A DNA stretch of 64,000 bases from Mobula hypostoma (taxonomy: Eukaryota): contig NC_086097.1 of NCBI RefSeq assembly GCF_963921235.1, positions 82,648,001 to 82,712,000 on the forward strand, given 5' to 3'. The notes under the pieces are model-generated. The model was not told the origin of the DNA, made no database searches, and was given only the letters and a program-made list of their open reading frames with translations. Within the stretch, counting starts at the first letter, position 1; each line of letters opens with the position of its first letter. Positions 1-10,734 of the stretch are shown here, piece after piece. The translations under genes were made by a program, and so were the position numbers.

Positions 1-180
1 CATAAAAGGAAACAAAGAGCACCTTTGCAGCAATATCCAAAATTTTTAAACAAGAGCAACAATTAAAAGTCATGGATAACACTTTCTCTGCTGGCAGAAA
101 TGGGTAATTGCTCATCAATTATCTTATAAATTCTGTTTTCAGTTAATTTTACATAACTTTGGAGTCTCACATTAAACCAC

Positions 181-560
181 CACCATCATCATCATTATGT
201 GCTGTGTCATATGACGTGAGTGATTGTGATCTTTCCATGACCATGATTATTCTTGGCAAATTTTTCTATAGAAGTGGTTTGCCATTATTACCTTCTGGGT
301 AGTGTCCTTACAAAGCGGGTGACTTCATCCATCAGAGATTGTCTGCCTAGTGTCAGTGGTCATATAACTAGGATTTGGGATATGCACCAGCTGCTCAGAC
401 AACCATCTACCTCCTGTTCCCATGGCTTCACGTGACTCTCATCAGGCTGGGAGGGGGGCTGAGCAGGTACTACACCTTGCATAAGGGTGACCTGCAGGTT
501 AGTGGAGAGAAGGAGCACCTTACACCTCCTTTGGTAGAGACATACAATATCCCCACCCTG
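181..560 (-). mobile_element. Non-autonomous retroposon with RTE-like 3' tail
   Basis: Minus strand ends GGCAAACCACTTC..AAAAATTTGCCAAGAA..(GAT)n, resembling RTE-clade 3' ends; no coding remnant. Confidence 0.35.
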
Positions 561-1439
561 ACACACACATATCTTCTTGGGGGTATTTAAAATAATAATA
601 TTAATTCCAAAGCGCAGAACATTTGATTTTGGACAGTTAACGATATTGGCAAGTCTTAAATAAATGATGTCCTAACTTTATACAAACTCTGAGCTGAAGT
701 CAGAGATCTGCAGACAAAAGAAGTCCTTATCTAATTCATAACAAGGCTGTTGCTGCATACAAAGGGAAGTGATTAATGGATTTTATATCAGGGGAGGTAT
801 CATCACACACAAGTTTGGGGACCAATTTTGTCCTCTCATTGAGATAATTCACATTTTCTAAATGTGAAATATTTGCAAATGGATGATTATTGGAAGAATT
901 AAGACTCATTGATGCAATTGACTAGCTAAATTATGAATAAAGAATAAAATTAGGGAATGTAATGTGGTCGATATTTTAACTAAGCATAACACCAGAAAAG
1001 AAAGAAATGGAATTAAATATGGTTAGTGGAGAAAATATATTTAGTTTAATAGGTATCCAGATTTTCAAGCTGGCTCTTCCAGATTTGGTGATACCAAATA
1101 TTAAACATTATGTATGCTTATTGTTGCTATACTGAAGAAAACTGCCAGTTATGATTCAGTGGATATTGTATATTTTTAGGTATATTTCTGTTTTGTGATC
1201 TGTAATCAGTTCAAGGTTTTGTAGCAGCATTTCTAAATTTAAAACAGTCTTGTTACCACTGTAAGTCTGGAATTGCAGGAGATTTTAAAATATCCATTGG
1301 GATTTTAAAAATGTTTAGTCAGGAATTAATAATTGGAAACAACGTAGGCATATAAAGGTCATAGAAGACACAGGAGTGACTGTGAGACTGAGAAGTACCA
1401 GGAATAATTTAACAAGGTTAAGGTTTTGGTCTTGCTTCA

Positions 1440-2830
1440 CCGATAGTAATTTTTTATAAGTTAGATAGTTGTGAATTCATGTTCCATTCTGAAGACCTGG
1501 AAGTATAATCTTGGCTGGCCAAGTTACTACCGAGGGAGTGGTGCATGATCAGAGGACCTGGCTATAAAATCATGAGATATAGGAGCAGAATTAAGTCATT
1601 TGGCTCATCAAGTCTGCTCCACAATTTTATCAGGGTTGATCCAATTTTCGTCTCTGCTCCAGTCTCCTGCCTTCTCCCCATATCTCTTCATGCCCTGACC
1701 AATCAAGAATCTATCAGCAACTGCCTTAAATATACATAAAGGCTTGGCCACCACAGCTGCAGGATGCAAAGAAGGCCACATATTCACCACTCTTTGCCTA
1801 AAGAAATTCTTCCTCATCTCCATTCTAAAAGTACACCTCTCTATTCTGAGGCTGTCTCTTCTGGTTTTAGATCCCCCCAAAATAGGAGCCATCATCTTCA
1901 CATCCACTCTATCAAGGCCTTTCACCATTCAATAGCTTTCAATAAGGTCACTCCTCATTCTTCTGAACTCCAGTGAATACACGGCTACAGCCATGAAATG
2001 CTCTTCATATGACGAGGCATTCAATCTGGAATCATTTTCGTGAACCACCTTTGAACCCTCTCCAGTTTCTGCACATCCTTTCTTAGATAAGGGACCCAAA
2101 ACTTTTCACAGTAATTCTCAACATTACACCCTTGCTTTTATATTCTAGTCCTCTTGAAATGAATGCTAATATTGCATTTGTCTTCCTCACCACAGACTCA
2201 ATCTGCAAATTAACCTTTAGGGAGTCCTGCACAAGGATTCCCAAGCCCCTTTGCCCCTCAGGTTTTGTATTTTCCCTCCATTTAGTAAAATAGTCAATAC
2301 TTCCCTTTCTTCTATCAAAGTTCATGACCATAGACTTCCTAACACTGTGTTCCATCTGCCGTTTCTTTGACAGTTCTCCCAATCTGTCTAAGTCCTTCTG
2401 TAGCCTCTCTACTTCCTCAAAACTACCTGCCCCTCCACCGATCTTCATATCATCTGCAAACTTTGCAACAAGCCTACCAATTTCATCATCCAAAGCATTA
2501 ACATATAACATAAAAAGAACTGGTCACAACACAGCCAGCTGTGGAATACCACTAGTCACCAGCAGCCAACTAGAAAAGGCTCCCTTTCTTCCCGCTCTTT
2601 GCCTCCTGCCAATCAGCCACTGCTTTATCCATGCTAGAATCTTTCCCGTAATCAACATGAACACCAATTTCAAAGGGCAGTAGAATTCTTTCCAGTCTCT
2701 AACTAAAATTTGTTTCCTAACCAATATCATCAGAATAGTTTGTTTCATAATATATCATTGCTGTTTGTGTATCGTTGCTGGGTTTAATTTTTCTTGCTAC
2801 ATTTTTGTAGATAATGAAACACTTGTGAAA
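1440..2830 (+). mobile_element. Old DeuSINE-like SINE split by a CR1 insertion (pieces ~1440-1563 and ~2660-2830)
   Basis: Degenerate matches to the Deu-type SINE head (GAGGGAGTGGTGCA..CAGAGG) and core (ACCAATATCATCA..CATTGCTGTTTGTG) on either side of the CR1. Confidence 0.35.
1564..2655 (-). mobile_element. CR1 LINE 3' fragment (RT C-terminal half, decayed)
   Basis: Minus ORFs contain SGIPQ, KFADDMKIGG, LQKDLDRLGE, AFISRGLEYKSK and RKNFFRQRVVN; CR1 3'UTR near 1565-1620. Confidence 0.92.
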
Positions 2831-3544
2831 GGGAATGGAAGGGACAGTAGCAGGATACTTTGGAAAAATGCTCAAAGAAATATGAAGCTGAAATTGAGCA
2901 GAGCACAATGAGAACATCTCTTGAGTTCAGAATGAAAGTGATATCATTCAAAAAGTACAAAATACTTCCAGGAACCTGACAGCATAGATGCAAAATTGAT
3001 GATTTGTGATGTTTCAAACCAAGGATTGTAGTCTCAAAATAAGACAATGGCCATTCGGAACCTAGATGAGAAGAGAGTGGTGAATGTTTGGAACTCTCTA
3101 CCTGTGAAGGCTATGGAAGGTGAGAAGCATGGGGAGGCTCAGTTAATGTGTACATCTAAGACAAAGACATCTAATCAATTTTTAGTTCAGGAATGAGACA
3201 CTGATGTTTCACGCATAATCTTTAATAAGATTATGTGTTATTCCTGTCTCTGTTTACTTAAGTTCTTGTGTTAAGGAAAGACAAGGTTCAGCATGGTGAA
3301 TAGGAGGTAGATAACTGATCATACAGTACTGAATCATTGAGGCAGATGGACAAAGGAAGAGTGTGATATGGTCATCAATAGGAGCCAATTCAGTTACTTT
3401 GCAAAGTTAGAAAAGTAAAATTTCTCTTTGCGAAGAAGGTATTTTAGTATAGAGAAACTGGAATCCAAGGTTGTATTGAATGTGGCCAGCTTCCACTAAA
3501 CATGCTTACTTAAATTACCTTGGCAATGTATCTTCCTTTTCCCT

Positions 3545-4015
3545 ATAGATTTGGGAGTTAGAAAGAAGGACCTCACAGGTAGTAATCTCTGGATTGGTGT
3601 GTGTGCCATGCACCAATGAGGGTAAGAATAGGATGCCATGGCAGAAGAGTTGGGGTGCAAGGGGTGGGGTTTCAGATTTGTGGATCATTGAGATTTCTTT
3701 TGGGAAAAGTATGACCTGTGTAAAAAGGAAGATTACGGCTGAAGCTCGAGGGACCAATGTTCATGCAGGTAGCTTTGCTTGAGCTGTTGAGGAGGATTTA
3801 AACTAGGTTGGTAGGAATTTGGAATCAGAATGTTAGGTCAGATGATGGAGCAGTTGATGTAAAGGGAGCATAATGCGTGCAGAGAGATGGTGAGGAAGGA
3901 TAGGCAGTGAATTGGGCATAAATACAATCAGCTGGATGGGTTGAAACATACAGAATCTACTTAAAGATGAGAAGTATTAAGAATGAGTGTGATGAACTGA
4001 GAGCATAGATCTGTA
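3545..4015 (+). mobile_element. CR1 ORF1 (SGNH esterase-like) remnant
   Basis: Translates as RRTSQVVISGLVCVP..EGKNR; homologous to 15360-15620. Confidence 0.65.
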
Positions 4016-4020
4016 CAGAT

Positions 4021-4570
4021 GAGGAAATAGCTGGGAGCCCCTTCACTCATTTGGGACACTGTGCTACTTAATTGGGACAGGACACTGTAGCTGAACAGTT
4101 TGTAAATAGCGCCTGTCATGTGCGCTTGTGTGGCTGTTAGACACAACACTGTGCTTAGAGCAAACAGTTTTTAAATAGCATCAGTTTCATTTGTTTGTGT
4201 TCAAAAGCAGTGATTTTTTGTTACTGATAGTGAGAAATAAACAGTAAGACAATTCAGAACTGGTTTGTTCACTATGGTTTCAAGCATTCAGTCTTGGAGA
4301 TGCCAGAAACAGCCGGGAGTGAAAATGAAATCATTTCACTACTTCAATGTTATGAACTATGAAAAATGTGAAGGTATGGACAATCATCCTGAATGTTAGA
4401 ATGGAAGTGAAGGTTTGGAACAAGGACATGGCAGTGTACAATGAATGAGTTCCTCCAACCATAACTATTAGGAAACAATACACAGTTTTTGTACTGTAGT
4501 AGTATTGGTAGTGTTCTAATTTGTTTCTGTATTGTATTTAAATACACAATTTATTACTCAGTTAAATGGT
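4021..4570 (+). mobile_element. Truncated Tigger/pogo-like element
   Basis: Co-linear similarity to 44690-45235 (TCAAAAGCAGTGATTTTT, CTTGGAGATGCCAGAAA, AATACACAGTTTT). Confidence 0.7.
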
Positions 4571-4579
4571 AAAATGTAA

Positions 4580-5030
4580 AAGCTTCAGAGAGGTTGAAGA
4601 GTAGATTTACCAGGATTGGAGAACATGTCCTATGGGGAAAGGGCAAGCAAGCTAGGATTTTTTTTCTTTGCACAGATGGAGGATGAGAGGCAACTTGATA
4701 GAGCTATATAAGATTATGAGAGGCATAAATGGAGTAGACAGCCAGCGTCCTTTTCCCACGAAGACAATACCTAATTCAAGGTGAGTGGAGGAAAGTGTTT
4801 TTTTTCACAGAGTGGTGGGTGCCTGGAATGCACTGCCCAGTGTGGTGGTAGAGTTGATATGATAAGAGCATTTACAACACACTTGGATACATGCATGGAT
4901 GAAAGAAAAATGGAGGACGATGGGCTATGTAGGAGGGAAGAGTTAGATTGATCATGGAGTAGATTTGTATAGTTCTGCACAACATTGTGGGTCATAGGGT
5001 CCGAACTGTGCTGTACAGTTCTATGTCCTA
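4580..5030 (+). mobile_element. CR1 3' end
   Basis: AGATTTACCAGGAT, GAGGATGAGAGG and CACAGAGTGGTGGGTGCCTGGAATGCACTGCC blocks, followed by a TTCTATGT tail. Confidence 0.8.
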
Positions 5031-7091
5031 ATAATGGTGATATAAGAAGGCAGCTGGCCACCAGCTGAACAATCATTGATAGACAGTGAAGTGATCTCTC
5101 CATCCCCTTTGGATGTGGGGATTGTTGACAAAGTCAGAATTTATCTTCCATTCCAGTCTGCTTGACTACCAGCCATGCTGCTTCACAATTCAGTGAAGTG
5201 TCAAACACAGTGCTGCAAGTATGAATGGTGAGTTACAGGACATAACGAAATTGGATTTCACTAACAGTTCATGATGGTGTTGCTAATACTTATTCCTTAT
5301 TTACTTCCATTGTTATTTGATCAACTGAGTTAATAGTCCCAGCTGACACAAGCCAATTGAACTTGTGTCTCTAACTCAGTAGTCCCAAGTCTGAATACTA
5401 ATCTGGTCATCACTGAAGTCAATTTAAATGGTGAAAAGTAAAATTAGTTTTGTTTTACTGAAAATGGTACATGTTCTCATAAAGACCTTATGAATGGCAG
5501 GTGAGGTACATAATCAGTTAATCTGTTTTGTTTTGGAGAACTTTCGGTTACACACTGAGTATCCACTCCTAATATTGGAACATTATTAGAATGGACATTC
5601 TTTCAGCTAGAAACAGAAAATAGCAGCAGGGAACAGAAAAATGAGATGTCTACATCTTTGCAGAGTTATTCTACTAGTCAGTAATTGAACACAGGCTAAT
5701 TATAAAGGACCTGAGAGAAGTGGAAGAACAATCATTCAGGATTCTGTTGCTTAAGCTTCCTCGTAAGGGACTTGTATTGTTGGTGCAGGTGGTTAATCAG
5801 TGTATGGTGCTTGGATCAAAAGGCAAAGCAAAACAGAAATAGCTTGCTGCCTTTGTTTCATTGAAATAAAGAATAGGGGAAGCCTACAACAATGGAGTAC
5901 GCGGTTTCAATTGTGTTTAAACCACAAAGGTTTGCAAATAGCACACTTAGGGGTGTATCACCATCTGTAACGAGTAATTAATATAAATTTTACTCTTTGA
6001 AAGAACTCTTGTATAGAGTAACAAATTGTTTTCAATGATTCACATTCTCGGGACAAGTGACACATTTTATACTTACCATGGTGTCATTGCATGGTCACAT
6101 TAAGTCTATCTGAGGCCAGATGGCACTAACTTTTTAAGCTTTGAACTTTCCTTGACTGGTGAACATTTCTTTCCTTCTAGTGATGAATAATAATAATGCA
6201 AATGCTTAGATGTAGCCCAATGTCACCTTTGCAATCTTGTTTGAAATTTGCATCCTTCACTCAATAAAAGTATTTTTCCACTGTCCACACTGGGATTAAG
6301 TCAATGTGAAGGTGTTGTGCACATTTTCATGGTGGTGTTGTGGAGCCACTTAGCTTCTAGTGTTTTGTCAAGTGTATTGTTGACAAAAAGGTTGGAAAAA
6401 GAATATTCACTGAGAATCAGGAAGTGTTCAGTTCCATTCTTAATTCCTCATGTAATGTAGTAGCTCATGTCTGTATACAGCAAGAATTAGACACAGAATT
6501 GGAATAAGATATAACAAGTAACCATTGGTGCCACTCAGCTGACATGTTATGATCATGTTAACCCAAAATGAGTCAAAGCTCATTACAGTGTCATTTAAAG
6601 TCATTACCGTAGCAAACAGTTGGTTTTACTGCAAGTAAAACCAATTTTGTTCAGTCAACAGACCACATAATGAGCAGAAGATAGATACTGCTACTATTCA
6701 TAGTAAAAGCTGGATAGTTTCTGCTTGGAAATATAGTGAGGAAAGGATAGTTTGTACACATAAGTTGCTCATAACCCTTTTGACTTGGGGTCTATACTGA
6801 GTTATTCTTGGCTGGTGAGCAGTGGTTTAAGAATCTCAGGGGGAGGAGGGGAAAATATTAATCAAGTTTCCCACTTCTGTAGGTTCAGATATGAAGATCA
6901 GATACACTGTAAATGTTAGGTGCTCCCATAGGTCTATATATTAGTGTTAGGAATCCTTCATGAAAGTAATGAAGAAGCTGGATGAAAGAAAAAGAACACG
7001 AGGAATTCTGCAGATGCTGGAAATTCAAGCAACACACATCAAAGTTGCTGGTGAACGCAGCAGCCCAGGCAGTATCTCTAGGAAGAGGTAC

Positions 7092-7127
7092 AGTTGACGT
7101 TTCGGGCTGAGACTATTCATCAGGACT
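7092..7127 (-). ncRNA. Degenerate minimal hammerhead ribozyme
   Basis: Reverse complement AGTC-CTGATGA-ATAGTCTCAGCCC-GAAA-CGTC-AACT; core intact, stems I and II mismatched. Confidence 0.55.
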
Positions 7128-7513
7128 AACTGAAGGAAGAGCTAGTAAGAGATTTGAAAGGGGGAGGGGGAGATCCAAAATGATAGGAGAAGACAGGAGG
7201 GGGAGGGATGGAGCCAAGAGCTGGACAGGTGATTGGCAAAAGGAATATGAGAGGATCATGGGACAGGAGGCCCAGGGAGAAGGAAAAGGGGGGGGGGAAC
7301 CCAGAGGATGGGCAAGGGGTATAGTCAGAGGGACAGAGGGAGAAAAAGGAGAGAGAGAAAGAATGTGTGTATATAAATAAATAACAGATGGGGTACGAGG
7401 GGGAGGTGGGGCATTAGCGGAAGTTAGAGAAGTCAGTGTTCATGCCATCAGGTTGGAGGCTACCCAGACGGAATATAAGGTGTTGTTCCTCCACCCTGAG
7501 TGTGGCTTCATCT

Positions 7514-7649
7514 TTACAGTAGAGGAGGCCGTGGATAGACATATCAGAATGGGTACAGTAGAGGAGGCTGTGTTTAGACATATCAGAATGGGTTACAGTA
7601 GAGGAGGCCGTGGATAGACATATCAGAATGGGTTACAGTAGAGGAGGCC
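7514..7649 (+). repeat. ~40-bp tandem repeat, 3.4 copies, between the PLE arms
   Basis: Unit TTACAGTAGAGGAGGCCGTGGATAGACATATCAGAATGGG starting at 7514, 7554, 7593 and partially at 7633. Confidence 0.95.
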
Positions 7650-7944
7650 ACCTCCCCCTCGTACTCCATCCGTTATTTACTTATATACACACATTCTTTC
7701 TCTCTCTCTCCTTTTTCTCCCTCTGTCCCTCTGACTATACCCCTTGCCCATCCTCTGGGTTTTTTTCCCCCCTCCCCCTTTTCCTTCTCCCTGGGCCTCC
7801 TGTCCCATGATCCTCTCATATCCCTTTTGCCTATCACCTGTCCAGCTCTCGGCTCTATCCCTCCCCCTCCTGTCTTCTCCTATCATTTTGGATCTCCCCC
7901 TCCCCCTCCAGCTTTCGAATCCCTTACTCACTCTTCCTTCAGTT

Positions 7945-7980
7945 AGTCCTGATGAAGGGTCTCGGCCTGAAACGTCGACT
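7945..7980 (+). ncRNA. Minimal type I hammerhead ribozyme motif
   Basis: AGTC-CTGATGA-AGG(GTCTCGG)CCT-GAAA-CGTC-GACT: both core boxes, stem I AGTC/GACT, stem II, palindromic ACGT in place of stem III; predicted cleavage after GUC at 7976. Confidence 0.8.
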
Positions 7981-8295
7981 GCACCTCTTCCTAGAGATGC
8001 TGCCTGGCCTGCTGCGTTCACCAGCAACTTTGATATGTGTTGCTTGAAAGAAAAAGAAGTCTGTTTGCGGTATGTAAATTTTTGAGGTATTTTACATGGT
8101 TGTTTTCTGAAAAAGAACCCAGAAGTAAACCACCTTCATTCCGAATTACATCTATCTAAGTTATGAATGAGTTTTATTTGTAGCTGAACTGTGCTTGTTT
8201 AAATCTGGTTTATTGCGGGTTAGCTATCATTATTGAAAAGGAATTGGACTTTGAATAATTTGTTAATAATTTGATATAATTTAAAATTTTATACC

Positions 8296-9360
8296 TGATT
8301 GATTTTTATAAATGACTTGGATGACGAAGTGGAGGGGAGGATTATTCAGTTCGCTGATGACATGAAGGTTGGGTGTCATAGGTCATCACAGGATGTAAAC
8401 GTGGTTGGAGAGTGGCAGATGGCGTTCAATCCAGAAATGCATGAGGTCATATACTTTGGAAGATCGAACGTGAAGGTGGAGTGCAAGGTCAATTGCAGTG
8501 CGAAGGAACAGATGCATCTTGGAGTTCAAGTCCACAGATCTCTCTAAGTTGCTGCAAAAGTTGTTGGGGTCGTTAAGTAGGCATAAGGTGTGCTGGCCTT
8601 CTTTTGTCAGCAGACTGAGTTCAGGAGCTGCGAGGTTATGTTGCAGCTGTCTAAAATTCTGGTTTGACCACACGTAGTGTGTTGTTGTTCAGTCATTTAG
8701 TCAAGTCCAACTCTTTGTGACCTCATGGACCATAGGGTCCATAGAGTTTTCATGACAAGGTATGGAAGTAGATTGCCAGGCCTTTCTTCCATGGAGATAC
8801 CGCTGTTGCCCAGTTTGGGACCTGACTGGGTATGAATTCAGGACCATCTGACTTGAAGTCCAGTGCTGATGCCACTTAGAATACTGTGTTCATTTCAAGT
8901 TGCTCCATTATAGGAAGATGAAGAGAGGGTTCAGGAGAGATTTACCAGGAAGCAGTCTGGATTTGAAAATGTGACTTATGAGGAACGATTGTGCAAGTTA
9001 GAGCTTCACTCTTTGTAGTGATGGAAGATGAGAGGTGACTTGATAGACCTGAGAGGCACAGATAGAGTGGACAGCCAGCATCTTTTTTCCCACCTTTTTC
9101 TGTCCCTAGTGGCTGATATTAGAGGAAAGTGAGTGGAGGAAAGTTTAGGGGAGGTGTCAGACATTTCTTATACAGAGAGTCGTAAATGCCTGGAATGCAC
9201 TTAAGAGACATTTAAGTGATGAGGCACATGGACCTAAGAAAAATGGAGAGTTATGGGCTGTTTAAGGAAGGGTATGATTAACAGTGGTGCATTAATATAG
9301 GTCAGCACAATATCATGGGCAGAAGGGCCCACATTGTGATTTACTCTTCTATGTTCTATC
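8296..9360 (+). mobile_element. Decayed CR1 3' portion
   Basis: IFINDLDDEVEG..FADDMKVG..WQMAFNP; CR1 tail TTCTATGTTCTAT near 9350. Confidence 0.85.
8678..8876 (-). mobile_element. tRNA-derived SINE with RTE/BovB-like tail, nested in CR1
   Basis: Minus-strand tail CCATGAGGTCACAAAGAGTTGGACTTGACTAAATGACTGAACAACAAC; same family as 29980-30175. Confidence 0.7.
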
Positions 9361-9639
9361 CGATAATAATACTCCAACACCAATTCTAAAAAATAGCCAA
9401 ATGCTACTGATAGACCAGAAGAGTGGGAATTTTAGATACATCCAGCAGTGAGAGAGTAAAAAGCTGATTATGAGAGAAAACTGGCTTATTGTATTGAAAC
9501 AAACAACAGGAAATCTACTGCTATATAGAAAAGAAGGGGATAAACTGGTTAAATCTGAGACCTTTGGAAGGTGAGATGGGAGAATTAATAGCAGGAAATG
9601 AGTAAATAAGTTAAAGCAATAGTTCAACTGAGCTAAAAA

Positions 9640-10381
9640 TGTTGCTGATTTTCATCTGTACTCACTGTCTGAGGCTTCTTATTTAAGTGCTCAACAATAA
9701 TCAGCCAGCACTGATGGATTCCAGTTGCCTTGATACAGTTTCTCCATGATCACAATGTCCTGGTGAAACCTTTCACCATGTTCGTCACTGACAGCGCCAA
9801 GATTTGCAGGGCAGAAGTCTAAATGGGAATGCAGAAAATGAATCTTTAGTGACATGTTGCACTTCATGGTCTTGTATGTGTGAAGCATGTTGTCAACCTG
9901 CTGTACATAGTTTGGTGCTCTGAAGTTAACAAGAAAATTTTGAACAACATCCTTGAATGCCTTCCATGCAATTTTGTCTGGTCCCACTTGAAGATCTTTT
10001 AAAAGCCTATTATTAATTATCTGTTTAATTTGTGGACTAACAAAGATCCTTAATCTTGGCACCAGTTATTCTGGGAATCATCTGTCTCAAATATTAAGAT
10101 CCTTCATGAAAATTCATAGCCTTTCTAAAACCTGTCTTACCATGCAGGATCCACCCTGCCTAAGCCTGTCCAGGCAGATCCGGACAAGATAGAAAACTTT
10201 TCAGCTTACATTGTGGGCAACATTTTAATTGACTTGAATTATGAATTGAATTAACAAATATATGCCATTTAGAAAAATAGTGTAAGAGAAGGAAATTTCA
10301 GGGTGATTTTCATGATCAGCTGCCAAGATCCGTAAGATACACCCAAAAGCTATCAAGAAGCAAAATCTTTGTTGTCCAGTC
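9640..10381 (-). mobile_element. Chapaev3-like DNA transposon relic (internally deleted)
   Basis: ORF 9691-10062 contains CNMSLKIHFLHSHLDF.P.NLGAVSDEHGERFHQDI..ME..YQG.W; end-like sequence GTTGTCCAGT at ~10371-10380. Confidence 0.7.
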
Positions 10382-10734
10382 TTTCACAGAGATAATGCAT
10401 GAGCTGGTTTTAAACAGCAGGGTAGTTGTCCACAGTCAGTAAGTGCAAAATGTAATTGAATAGTAGTTATTGTGTTCCTTTCCAACATCTGATTTTCTGA
10501 TTTAAGTGTGAATTTGGAAATGAAGTACAATGTGCAGCTACTACTGCATTGTACATTTAAAGCTCCCAAATGAAGACTAACTACTGTTGGGAGCTTTAAA
10601 AGCAAAGGCTGAAGAATTTAAAACTATTTATCTGATGGACATAAATTCTTTGGGACACCCTGAGGTTGTGCAAGGTGCTGCATAAATCAAATTATTGCCT
10701 CCTTCAATATTTTTTCTTTACTCCATATAACACC

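Larger units (their letters stand above)
6997..8044 (-). mobile_element. Penelope-like element, inverted-arm (fold-back) insertion with GIY-YIG C-terminal remnant
   Basis: Inverted arms ~7024-7409 and ~7648-8048. Minus strand 7551-7414 reads HSDMSIHGLLYCKDEATLRVEEQHLIFRLGSLQPDGMNTDFSNFR* (E..I..L....P.G.N end motif). TSD TGAAAGAAAAAGAA at 6983-6996 and 8045-8058. Confidence 0.88.

Noticed and set aside
7514..7649. Possible CRISPR-like array
   Set aside because: Units are contiguous with no unique spacers, derive from PLE coding sequence, and the context is eukaryotic.
7180..8085. ORFs over the PLE arms (and those at 49321-49574)
   Set aside because: Chance frames in purine- or pyrimidine-rich terminal repeats, mirrored by the inversion.
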